Assembly: GCA_025463365.1 (NCBI GenBank) | Contig: JAOBWM010000006.1 | Span: forward strand, 1-32,000 | Direction: 5' to 3' | From: Acidimicrobiales bacterium | GTDB taxonomy: Bacteria; Actinomycetota; Acidimicrobiia; Acidimicrobiales; Iamiaceae | Length of the DNA stretch: 32,000 nt | Shown here: positions 1 through 7,483 of the stretch, in pieces | Position numbering within the stretch: position 1 is the stretch's first letter | How the letters are laid out: each line of letters begins with the position of its first letter | Translations under genes and position numbers: made by a program | The notes under the pieces: model-generated | Database searches by the model: none | What the model was told of the DNA's origin: nothing | What the model saw: the letters and a program-made list of their open reading frames with translations, nothing else

Positions 1-22
1 CGACCCCGCCTAACGTCGTGAC

Positions 23-270
23 TGTCACCCAGGTCCCGCGACATACGTGTCACCCATGTCCCGCGACAGAACAGTCGCACCCATGCGTCAATGGCCGCTC
101 AGAAGTGGGGCGCGGGGCAGGCTCGGCGTTCTGAGCGCTCTGTGTCGCACCTATGCGTCCCGGGCCGCTCAGAAGTGGGCCGTGGGCGGGCGTGGGTGGC
201 GGATTCGGGCTCGGCGGTTCTGAGCGCTCTGTGTCGCACCCATGCGTCACCAGGCGCTCAGAAGTGGGGA
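23..270. repeat. Composite intergenic repeat array 3' of the CLC gene, possibly continuing past the left window edge
   Basis: Direct reading. Five copies of a GTC(G)CACCYAKG(C)(G)TC core start at 24, 49, 74, 144 and 233; the first two are 19/20 identical with a 25-bp period. Two long units, 120-180 and 208-269, are about 89% identical by my count. Five alternating-orientation copies of CGCTCAGAA / TTCTGAGCG lie at 95-104(+), 129-138(-), 165-174(+), 218-227(-) and 254-263(+). Confidence 0.8.
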
Positions 271-277
271 GGGGTTG

Positions 278-1735
278 TCAGGGACGGCGTGGTCGGGGCG
301 GGCGACGGGGGAGGCGGTGGACGAGGGCGGGGCGGTCGTCGACCCGGATGGGGCCACCGGCGGAGGCCATGCGCTGGGTGCCGTAGATGCCGCGGCCGCC
401 CGAGCAGGCATACGACGCGAAGCACGCCACCGCGAGCGGCACCCCCATCGCCGGGCCGAACAGCTCCATGCCCATGACCGTGCACGCGATCGGGGTGTTG
501 CTGGCACCGGCGAAGGCGCCGACGAAGCCCACCGACGCGCCCACGAGCGGATCGAGGCCGAGCGTCGGCGCCAAGGCCGACCCGAGCGTGGTGCCGACGA
601 CGAACAGGGGGGTGACCTCGCCGCCGACGAACCCCGTGCCGAGGCAGATCGCGGTCAGCAGGACCTTGAGCACTGGTTCGGCGAACGAGGTGTGGTGACC
701 GGCCAGGGCCTGGTCGATGAGCGGAAGCGAGAGGCCGAGCTCGTCGCGACCGACGACCGCCGCCAGTGCGACGACGGCCGCCCCACCGATCACCGGGCGG
801 AGCGGGGGCCACGCGATGCGGCGGGCGACGTGGCGGATGGCGTCGGTGAGCTCCACGAACACCAGGGCACCGAGGCCGACGGCGACGCCGACCAGCGCGA
901 CGCGCGCGACCAGCGCCGGATCGATCGTGGGGTGCAGGTGGGGCAGGGGCGCCCGGTGATGACGGAGCGTGCGCACGACCCGGTCGCCGACGAACGCGGC
1001 CACGAGGGCCGGACCGGCGAGCTCGCCCAACGCCCGCACCTCGTCGCTCCACCGCTCGACCGGCGCGCCCGCGACCTCGACGCGGCGGGGCGCGGTCGAA
1101 CCGGCTTGGTCGTCGGTGGAGGTTGGGCGTCGTCGGGGGAGCAGCCGCCGGAGGTGGGCACCGGAGCCTCGACGAACGGTCTGGACCTCCAGGGCGAACA
1201 GGGCCCCGGCCCACGGGACCCCGAACATGGACCCGAACCCGCCGGCGAGTGCGGCCACCAGCAGCCAGCGCCGGTCGCGGTGGGGGAGGCGGACGGTGCG
1301 GGCCAGCAGATCGGTGAGCGACCCCGACATCTGCAGGGCGGTGCCCTCCCGTCCCACCGAGGCGCCGAACAGGTGCGACACCGCGGTGCCCGCGGCCACC
1401 AGCGGGGCCATGCGCCGGGGCACCCACGCCGTGGGCTCGTGGATCTCCTCCAGCAGGAGCGCGCTGCCCTCCCCGGCCCGGCCCCCAAACAGGTGGTAGG
1501 ACGCCCCGAGCGCCAGGCCGGCCACCGGAAGCAGCAGAACGAGCCAGTCGTGATGGAGGCGGAGGTGGGTGGCGTCGTCGAGCACGGTGAGGAACGCCCA
1601 CGACGCGAAGCCCGCCAGCAGCCCGGAACCGGTCGCGAGCGCCAGCCGCCGGCACGCCTCGACGACGACAGCAGCGAGGGAGGTCGGGGGCCGGCCGGCA
1701 GCGGTCGGCGTGGGTGGGGGCGTGGCTTCGGGCAT
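278..1735 (-). CDS. CLC-family anion channel/antiporter, probably the fluoride-specific CLC-F (EriC-F) subclass
   Basis: 485-aa polytopic ORF with CLC-type motifs GASVGREGTALQ, GVPWAGALFALE and GGEVTPLFVVG, and no CBS domains. It has GREGT rather than the canonical GREGP. A fluoride riboswitch lies directly upstream on the same strand. Confidence 0.85.
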   Translation of the reverse strand: MPEATPPPTPTAAGRPPTSLAAVVVEACRRLALATGSGLLAGFASWAFLTVLDDATHLRLHHDWLVLLLPVAGLALGASYHLFGGRAGEGSALLLEEIHEPTAWVPRRMAPLVAAGTAVSHLFGASVGREGTALQMSGSLTDLLARTVRLPHRDRRWLLVAALAGGFGSMFGVPWAGALFALEVQTVRRGSGAHLRRLLPRRRPTSTDDQAGSTAPRRVEVAGAPVERWSDEVRALGELAGPALVAAFVGDRVVRTLRHHRAPLPHLHPTIDPALVARVALVGVAVGLGALVFVELTDAIRHVARRIAWPPLRPVIGGAAVVALAAVVGRDELGLSLPLIDQALAGHHTSFAEPVLKVLLTAICLGTGFVGGEVTPLFVVGTTLGSALAPTLGLDPLVGASVGFVGAFAGASNTPIACTVMGMELFGPAMGVPLAVACFASYACSGGRGIYGTQRMASAGGPIRVDDRPALVHRLPRRPPRPRRP

Positions 1736-1768
1736 GGCGCTACCGGGCTCTCGTCCGAGAATCGACCT

Positions 1769-1818
1769 GGTAGGGACCGTCAGCCCGGGAGCGGGCGGTT
1801 TCGGCGAGCCCCATCGCC
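1769..1818 (-). promoter_or_regulatory. Fluoride riboswitch aptamer (crcB RNA motif) in the 5' leader of the CLC gene
   Basis: The minus-strand RNA reads GGCGAUGGGGCUCGCCGAAACCGCCCGCUCCCGGGCUGACGGUCCCUACC. Elements: P1 GGCG/CGCC around an 8-nt loop, an AAAC linker, hairpin GCCCG-CUCC-CGGGC, and a tail UGACGGUCCCUACC. Tail GGUCCC pairs with loop GGGGCU to form the pseudoknot. A TACGGT -10-like box (1827-1832, minus) sits 8 nt upstream. The ATG at 1735 is 33 nt downstream. Confidence 0.85.
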
Positions 1819-1930
1819 GTCACGGCACCGTACCGCGGCCCCCTGACGAGGCTGGAGCCGGACGGGGTGGCGCAAGTTACCGGCCGGTAGGGTCGCGGGT
1901 TCCGAACGAAGCCCTGGGGAGGGTGACGCG

Positions 1931-3964
1931 ATGCCCGGTGTGACCGAACGTGATCGGGTGGTCGGCGCATCGTCGCCCCTCGCGGCCCTCGCCGACGGGT
2001 CGTCCAAGCGGAGCCGCTTCGGCGTCTCGGCGCGCCCGCTGACCCCGTTGCCCGAGGTCGAAGGGGTCCTGGCCGGCGCCGTCGAGGTCGACATCACCCC
2101 GCCGCCGGGGATGCCCAAGGCCGGCTACTCCGCCAACGCCCACGACGGCAACGGGTTCCGCACCCGGTTGCGGGCCCGCGTGACGCACCTCCGCGCCGGC
2201 CGCACGTCGCTGGCGCTCGTCCAGTGCGACCTGCTCGGCGGGTCGTCGGTGCTGCAGCACCTCGTGGCCGACGCCGTGGCCGAACGCACCGACATCCCGC
2301 TGGCAGGCATCTGGATCGGCGCCACCCACACCCACGCCGGCCCCGGGCAGTTCCTGGGCACCGACTTCTACAACCACCACGCGTCGAACCGGGCCGGCTT
2401 CGACCCGGCGTTCACCCAGTTCCTCGTCGAACGCATCGCCGGCGCGATCGTCGAGGCCCACGACACCCGGGCACCCGCCCGCGTGGCCGTCGGCAGCACC
2501 GAGGTCTGGGGTCTCACCCGCAACCGCTCGCACGATCCGCACGTCCAGAACCGCACGGTGACCGACAAGCGCCGGGATCCGCAGCGCAAGTGGGTCGCGG
2601 TGAACCCGTTGCTGCACCTCGTGCGCGTCGACCGCATCACCGAGGACGGGGGCAGCGCCCCGCTTTCCGCCGCCGTGGTGTTCTCAATCCACGGCACCGG
2701 CGTGTCGATGCAGGCCCACGAGTACAACGCCGACGTCTGGGCGTACCTGTGCGGCGAGCTGCGCCACCAGATCGAGGCGCGCCACGGTGCCATCGCCGTC
2801 GTCGGGGCCATGGAGGGCACCCACGCCGATGTCGCGCCGGCGCTGCGGCCCGGCCTGGCCGGCCACCGCGAGGCCCGGCGCATCGGAGCCGGCATCGGCG
2901 CCGAAGCCGCCGACCTCTACGACCGCCTCGGTGCCGAGCTGACCGATCGCGTCGCCTTGGACGCGGGCCTCCGCGAAGTCGACCTCGACACCGATCGCAA
3001 GATCGGCGACATCGAGCTGCCCGACCGACCCGCCGTGGGCGCCAGCCTCGTGGCCGGTGCCACTGAGAACCTCACGCCGATCGTCCACGCCATCCCCCCG
3101 TTCAAGGCCGGCTCGCCGAGGAAGTGGGGTCGCCGCGGCGACCACGCCGAGAAGTGGATCATCGGCTCGAAGTACTTCCAGCGCGTCGTGTTGCCCAAGA
3201 AGGGCTTCCCGCGGGTGCTCGCCGTCCAGGCGTTCCGGATCGGCGACGCCGTGCTCGTCGGCCTGCCCTTCGAGATCACGGTGGAGTCGGGCCGGCGCAT
3301 CGAGGCGGCCGTGCGCGCCGCGGTGTCCGACCGGGGCGTGACGAACGTGATCGTGTCGTCGGTGGCCAACGAGTACTGGGGCTACGTCGCCACCGCGGAG
3401 GAGTACAGCCGCCAGTACTACGAGGGCGGCCACACCCTCTACGGCCCCAAGACCGAGGCGTTCCTCAGCGCCCACGCCGGTCGCCTGGCCGCGGCCACCG
3501 TCGGCGCCGGCCTCTTCGCCGACGTTCGTCCCGAGCGCCGATGGGACCTCCACACCAAGCGGTTCCTGCCACTGCCGACATCCGATCCGGCCAGCGCCGG
3601 CGTCGAGCGACGGTTCACCTCGAAGGCCGCCTTCACCGACCCCAGCGCCGAGGTCGACGGCTACTGGGAGCAGACGTGGGTCGACGTGCACCCAGCCCGC
3701 CTCGCCTGGCACGAGCCGATGGTGGTGGTCGAATCCTCCGACGACGACGGCGCCACCTGGCGCCCGGCCGACGTCGGTGGTCGCGCCATCGACGATCAGG
3801 GTTGGTTCCTCGAGATCGTCCACCTCGGCGACTCCGATCGGCACCCCGGCCACGACCTGCGGGTCCGGTGGCACGATCCGGTCAACCGGTTCGGTCGCCG
3901 CCACCGCTTCGTCCTCCTGGCCAACAACGACAGACCGCGGGTCGAGGGCGAACCGTTCGACTGA
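1931..3964 (+). CDS. Neutral/alkaline non-lysosomal ceramidase family protein
   Basis: 677-aa ORF. The N-terminal domain starts DITPPPGMPKAGY and contains GATHTHAGPG, typical of neutral ceramidases. Its length also fits the two-domain family. SD-like GGGGAGGG (1916-1923) lies 7 nt before the ATG. Confidence 0.75.
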   Translation: MPGVTERDRVVGASSPLAALADGSSKRSRFGVSARPLTPLPEVEGVLAGAVEVDITPPPGMPKAGYSANAHDGNGFRTRLRARVTHLRAGRTSLALVQCDLLGGSSVLQHLVADAVAERTDIPLAGIWIGATHTHAGPGQFLGTDFYNHHASNRAGFDPAFTQFLVERIAGAIVEAHDTRAPARVAVGSTEVWGLTRNRSHDPHVQNRTVTDKRRDPQRKWVAVNPLLHLVRVDRITEDGGSAPLSAAVVFSIHGTGVSMQAHEYNADVWAYLCGELRHQIEARHGAIAVVGAMEGTHADVAPALRPGLAGHREARRIGAGIGAEAADLYDRLGAELTDRVALDAGLREVDLDTDRKIGDIELPDRPAVGASLVAGATENLTPIVHAIPPFKAGSPRKWGRRGDHAEKWIIGSKYFQRVVLPKKGFPRVLAVQAFRIGDAVLVGLPFEITVESGRRIEAAVRAAVSDRGVTNVIVSSVANEYWGYVATAEEYSRQYYEGGHTLYGPKTEAFLSAHAGRLAAATVGAGLFADVRPERRWDLHTKRFLPLPTSDPASAGVERRFTSKAAFTDPSAEVDGYWEQTWVDVHPARLAWHEPMVVVESSDDDGATWRPADVGGRAIDDQGWFLEIVHLGDSDRHPGHDLRVRWHDPVNRFGRRHRFVLLANNDRPRVEGEPFD

Positions 3965-4022
3965 GCCCACGTCGCTGTAGACCGGTCAGGCCCTGGCCGG
4001 TTTCGGGTGCGAAGCTGACGTC

Positions 4023-4589
4023 ATGACCGAATCCATCGCCGACCGTTACCGCCGACGCGCCGCCCGCATGACGCAGACCGTGGCCGCCGTCGCGGCCGAC
4101 CGCTGGGAGACCTTCACACCGTGCGAGGAGTGGACGGCCCGGGACCTGGTGCGCCACCTCGTCGATACGCAAGCCATGTTCGCCGGGTTCGTCGACCGCC
4201 CCTTCGAGCCCGGGCCCCCGGTGGCCGACGATCCGCTCGCCGCGTGGATCGCAGCACGCGACCAGACCCAGGCCGCACTCGACGACCCAGCGGTCGCCGC
4301 GCTCGAGTTCGACGGCTTCACCGGTCGGAGCACCTTCGAGTCGGCGGTTGATCGGTTCTTGTCGTTCGACCTGGTGGCGCACCGGTGGGACCTCGCCCGT
4401 GCCGCGGGGATCGACGAGCAGATCCCGCCGGACGACCTTGCGGCGATGCAGGTCGCCCTGGAGAAGCTGACCGAGGAGATGGGTGCTGCGATGCGCGGCC
4501 CGGGGGCGTTCGGGCCTGAGCTCGAGCCGCCGGCCGGCGCCGACCAGCAGACCCGGGTGCTGGCCTTCATCGGCCGGCGGGCCTGGTAG
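4023..4589 (+). CDS. TIGR03086-like / mycothiol-dependent maleylpyruvate isomerase N-terminal (DinB-like) domain protein
   Basis: 188-aa ORF. The N-terminus W-x-x-x-TPC-EEWTARDLVRHLV is typical of the actinobacterial TIGR03086/MDMPI_N family. Confidence 0.75.
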   Translation: MTESIADRYRRRAARMTQTVAAVAADRWETFTPCEEWTARDLVRHLVDTQAMFAGFVDRPFEPGPPVADDPLAAWIAARDQTQAALDDPAVAALEFDGFTGRSTFESAVDRFLSFDLVAHRWDLARAAGIDEQIPPDDLAAMQVALEKLTEEMGAAMRGPGAFGPELEPPAGADQQTRVLAFIGRRAW

Positions 4590-4623
4590 CCCTCTCGCGA
4601 CCGTGGCGTGGTAGCCCGGTGCG

Positions 4624-5592
4624 GTGCTGTCTGCTCACGCGCTCGTCGCGTCCATCCCGAGCCCGAGCTTCAACGTCTTCCACCTGGGGTGGCTGACGCT
4701 GCGCATGTACGGCCTGTGCATCGCGCTCGGCGTGGTGGCCGCGGTGACCATCTCGTCGAAGCGCTGGGAGCGGCGCGGGGGTAACCCCGACGACATCGGG
4801 ACGCTCGCCATCTGGACCGTGCCGGCAGGCGTCGTCGGCGCCCGGATGTACCACGTCGCGACGGACTGGAAGACCTACCGCCACGACTGGCTCGAGGCGT
4901 TCAACATCACCAACGGCGGCCTCGGCATCCCGGGCGGGATCCTCCTCGGCGTCCTCGTCGGGTTGGTGGTCGCCAGGCGCAAGAACTTGCCGGCGCTGAT
5001 CCTCCTCGACGTGGTGGCCCCGGCCATCCCTGTCGCCCAGGCCATCGGGCGGCTTGGCAACTGGTTCAACCAGGAGCTGTTCGGCCGTCCGACGACCCTG
5101 CCGTGGGGCCTGAAGGTCGACGCCGACAAGGCCGCCGCGGTCGGCTACGGGCCCGGCCACCTGTTCCACCCGACGTTCCTCTACGAGGCCCTCTGGAACC
5201 TGGCCCTCGCCGGCCTGCTGCTCGCGCTCGACCGCCGCAAGAAGCTTCGTCCCGGTGAGCTGTTCACGCTCTACGTGCTGGGCTACGCCATCGGCCGGCT
5301 GTGGGTCGAGGAGCTGCGGATCGACCACGCCTCGCTGCTGCTCGGCATCCGGGTGAACATCTGGATGAGCGTCATCGCTGCGGTGGCCGCTGCCATCGTG
5401 TTCCTCCGCAACCGCAGGCGCCCGGCGCCCGAGCCGCTCATCATCGGCGTCGATGCCGACGGCCGCACCGTGATCGGTCCGCAGGACGAGACGGCGGATG
5501 CCGACGCTGACGCGGACGCGGACGGGGACGCCGACGCCGCCGGCGAGGGCGACGGCGGCGACGACGACGACGAGCCCTCAGTCGGGGTGTGA
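4624..5592 (+). CDS. lgt: Prolipoprotein diacylglyceryl transferase with an acidic Asp/Ala-rich C-terminal tail
   Basis: 322-aa ORF with a GTG start. It carries the Lgt signature GRLGNWFNQELFGRPT, GGLGIPGG, and multiple TM segments. The C-terminal about 40 aa are DADADADADGDA...GGDDDDE. Confidence 0.9.
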   Translation: MLSAHALVASIPSPSFNVFHLGWLTLRMYGLCIALGVVAAVTISSKRWERRGGNPDDIGTLAIWTVPAGVVGARMYHVATDWKTYRHDWLEAFNITNGGLGIPGGILLGVLVGLVVARRKNLPALILLDVVAPAIPVAQAIGRLGNWFNQELFGRPTTLPWGLKVDADKAAAVGYGPGHLFHPTFLYEALWNLALAGLLLALDRRKKLRPGELFTLYVLGYAIGRLWVEELRIDHASLLLGIRVNIWMSVIAAVAAAIVFLRNRRRPAPEPLIIGVDADGRTVIGPQDETADADADADADGDADAAGEGDGGDDDDEPSVGV

Positions 5593-6183
5593 GGCGGTCC
5601 CCGGCTCGGTGACCGGGGGCTGCACCACCACCAGCACCAGATCGAGCGCCCGCTTGTGGGCGTTGACGTAGCGGTGCGGCCGATCGGCATCGAACACGAC
5701 GGCCCCGCCCGCCGTCACCTGGTGCTCGGCGCCACCGACGTGGAGGGTGAGCGTGCCCGCCAGGACGGCGAGCAACTCGCGGGTCCCGGCGACGTGGCCT
5801 TCGGAGTCGTGGCTGTCGCCGGCCGCGAGGCGCCAGCGCCACAGCTCGACGTGCTCGGAGCGATCGGTCCCCACGAGCAGGTCGCCGGTGGATCCCTCCA
5901 CGCCGGCCCACAGCCGCACGACCTCGGACGGATCCACGATCCGGACCGCGCCACCGTCGGCCAGCGCCACCAACTCGGCCAGCGTCACCCCGAACGCGTC
6001 GGCCACGCGACACAGCGTCCCGATGCTGGGGTTCGTCCGCGCCTGCTCGATCTGCACGAGCATCCCCTTGCTGACCCCTGATCGGGTTGCAAGCAGGTCC
6101 AGCGACCATTGACGTTCCAGGCGCAACCGCCGCGTGTGGTGGGCGATGGCCGAGGCCACCTGGTCCGGGTCGGGCACGGCCAC
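5578..6183 (-). CDS. XRE-family HTH transcriptional regulator with C-terminal cupin domain
   Basis: 201-aa ORF with a GTG start. The N-terminal HTH region reads LRLERQWSLDLLATRSGVSKGMLVQIEQARTNPSIGTL. The C-terminal half looks like a beta-barrel (cupin). The 3' end overlaps the lgt 3' end by 15 nt (convergent genes). Confidence 0.8.
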   Translation of the reverse strand: MAVPDPDQVASAIAHHTRRLRLERQWSLDLLATRSGVSKGMLVQIEQARTNPSIGTLCRVADAFGVTLAELVALADGGAVRIVDPSEVVRLWAGVEGSTGDLLVGTDRSEHVELWRWRLAAGDSHDSEGHVAGTRELLAVLAGTLTLHVGGAEHQVTAGGAVVFDADRPHRYVNAHKRALDLVLVVVQPPVTEPGTASHPD

Positions 6184-6213
6184 AAGTTACCCAGGCACTG
6201 CTTCCGGGCGCCC

Positions 6214-6229
6214 GGTCAGTTTGTTGACC
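6214..6229. promoter_or_regulatory. Candidate operator palindrome in the regulator/EamA divergent intergenic region
   Basis: GGTCAgtttgtTGACC has perfect 5-bp arms and a 6-bp spacer. It sits in the least GC-rich stretch of the window (6214-6270), between divergently transcribed genes. Confidence 0.3.
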
Positions 6230-6308
6230 AACTGGATCATTCTGCCGCTAGACCATTATACTGAACCAGCGAAGCAACACAGTGACCGGACGAGGAGGTG
6301 GGATCGAC

Positions 6309-7154
6309 ATGGCAATCTTCCTCGCGCTCGGCGCGGCGGTGGTCTACGGCTCGGCGGACTTCATGGGCGGTCTCGTGTCCCGCCGTGCTGCGGCCCTGTC
6401 CGTCGCCCTCGGGGCGCAGCTCAGTGGTCTGCTGGTCCTCGCTGTTGCCCTCCCGTTCCTCGGCCCCATGCAGGCGACGGCGGCCGACCTCGGATGGGGC
6501 GGGCTGGCGGGCATCTTCGGCGGGCTCGGACTGGTGCTGTTGTTCCGCGTGCTCGCCCAGGGGCCGATGAGCGTCGTGGCGCCGACGACTGCCCTCAGCG
6601 CCGCCATCGTGCCGATCCTCGCCGGCGTGGTCCAAGGCGAGCGTCCCGGTCCGCTGGCGGTCATCGGGATCCTGGTGTCGCTGGTTGCCGTCATGCTCAT
6701 CACCCGCGAAAGCCCCGAGCAGCGGGCCGCGGGTGGCCAGGTGAGCCTGCGGGTGCTGGGAACGGCACTGGCGGCCGGGGCCATCTTCGGCTTCTTCTTC
6801 GTGGCGCTGCACCAGACGAGCGACGCCGCCGGCCTCTGGCCCCTGCTGGCCGCCAAGGTCGTCTCCGTCCCGATGCTGGGGCTCCTCGTGGTGCGGCGCG
6901 GCCTCGCGCTCGACTGGTCGGTCCCTGAGGTCGGCCGGACCATCGTGCTGAGCGGTGCCCTCGACATGGCCGCCAACGTCCTCTACCTGCTCGCGCTCCG
7001 CCACGGGATGCTGGCCGTCGTCGCCGCCATCGCCGGGCTCTACCCCGCCTCGACCGTCCTGTTGGCTCGCTCGCAGCTCGACGAGCGGTTGCACCACGTC
7101 CAGGTCATCGGCCTGGGCGTCGCGGCCTGCGCGGCGATCCTGATCGCGGTCTGA
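6309..7154 (+). CDS. EamA/DMT-family transporter
   Basis: A ten-TM-like hydrophobic ORF with the duplicated EamA-type architecture. I prefer ATG 6309 (GGAGG at 6294-6298) over the track start GTG 6282. Confidence 0.8.
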   Translation: MAIFLALGAAVVYGSADFMGGLVSRRAAALSVALGAQLSGLLVLAVALPFLGPMQATAADLGWGGLAGIFGGLGLVLLFRVLAQGPMSVVAPTTALSAAIVPILAGVVQGERPGPLAVIGILVSLVAVMLITRESPEQRAAGGQVSLRVLGTALAAGAIFGFFFVALHQTSDAAGLWPLLAAKVVSVPMLGLLVVRRGLALDWSVPEVGRTIVLSGALDMAANVLYLLALRHGMLAVVAAIAGLYPASTVLLARSQLDERLHHVQVIGLGVAACAAILIAV

Positions 7155-7171
7155 CGATCCCCTCGGACGCG

Positions 7172-7202
7172 GCGGTGCCCCGGGCCGAACCCGGGGCACC
7201 GC
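7172..7202. terminator. Bidirectional stem-loop between the convergent EamA and csbD-like genes
   Basis: Perfect 13-bp stem gcggtgccccggg / cccggggcaccgc with a 5-nt loop ccgaa. It lies 18 nt after the EamA stop and 26 nt after the csbD-like stop. There is no U-tract. Confidence 0.65.
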
Positions 7203-7227
7203 GGTGCGAGCGCTGAGACGGGCCGCA

Positions 7228-7398
7228 CTACTTGTCGCGGTGGAGCACGTCCTTGACCTTGTCGGCGGCGTCGCTCACCGCATCCTTGATCGATCCGGTG
7301 GCCTTGTCGACCTTGCCTTCGCGCTTGAGGTCATCGTCGTCGCTCAGGTCGCCTGCAGCTTCCTTCATCCGGCCCTTGGCATCGTCGAGGTTCGCCAT
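7228..7398 (-). CDS. CsbD-family stress-response protein (56 aa; not in the ORF track)
   Basis: Manual translation gives MANLDDAKGRMKEAAGDLSDDDDLKREGKVDKATGSIKDAVSDAADKVKDVLHRDK, the typical CsbD repeat pattern. AGGAG lies 7 nt upstream of the ATG. Confidence 0.75.
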   Translation of the reverse strand: MANLDDAKGRMKEAAGDLSDDDDLKREGKVDKATGSIKDAVSDAADKVKDVLHRDK

Positions 7399-7438
7399 GT
7401 CGTTGCTCCTTGTGAGAGGTCGTCGGGAACCAGGGGAC

Positions 7439-7463
7439 CTACCCGACCGGCGGGCATCGAGAC
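7439..7463 (-). promoter_or_regulatory. Candidate SigB/SigF-type stress promoter of the csbD-like gene
   Basis: The minus strand reads GTCT-N15-GGGTAG, close to the actinobacterial SigB/SigF-type pattern GTTT-N15-17-GGGTAY. It is about 40 nt upstream of the ATG. Confidence 0.35.
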
Positions 7464-7483
7464 GCCGACGGCGGTGGCACCGG

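Noticed and set aside
23-270. The possibility that the left-edge repeats are a CRISPR array.
   Set aside because: The repeat spacing is irregular (25, 25, 70, 89 bp), and the sequence between repeats is itself repeated. The units are only about 89% identical, and no cas genes are present.
242-1846. Long alternative-frame or antisense ORFs in the track. Examples: 242-1846(+), 258-1655(-), 2684-3970(-), 12461-14401(-), 14398-15933(-), 19409-21283(-), 21288-22880(-), 21980-23629(-), 22849-24363(-), 24490-25527(-), 25660-27243(-), 27053-28864(-), 28320-30035(-), 30066-31523(-).
   Set aside because: Their translations are Arg/Pro/Gly/Ala-rich low-complexity strings, typical of stop-poor off-frames in very GC-rich DNA. 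Each is fully overlapped by an ORF with clear family motifs in another frame.
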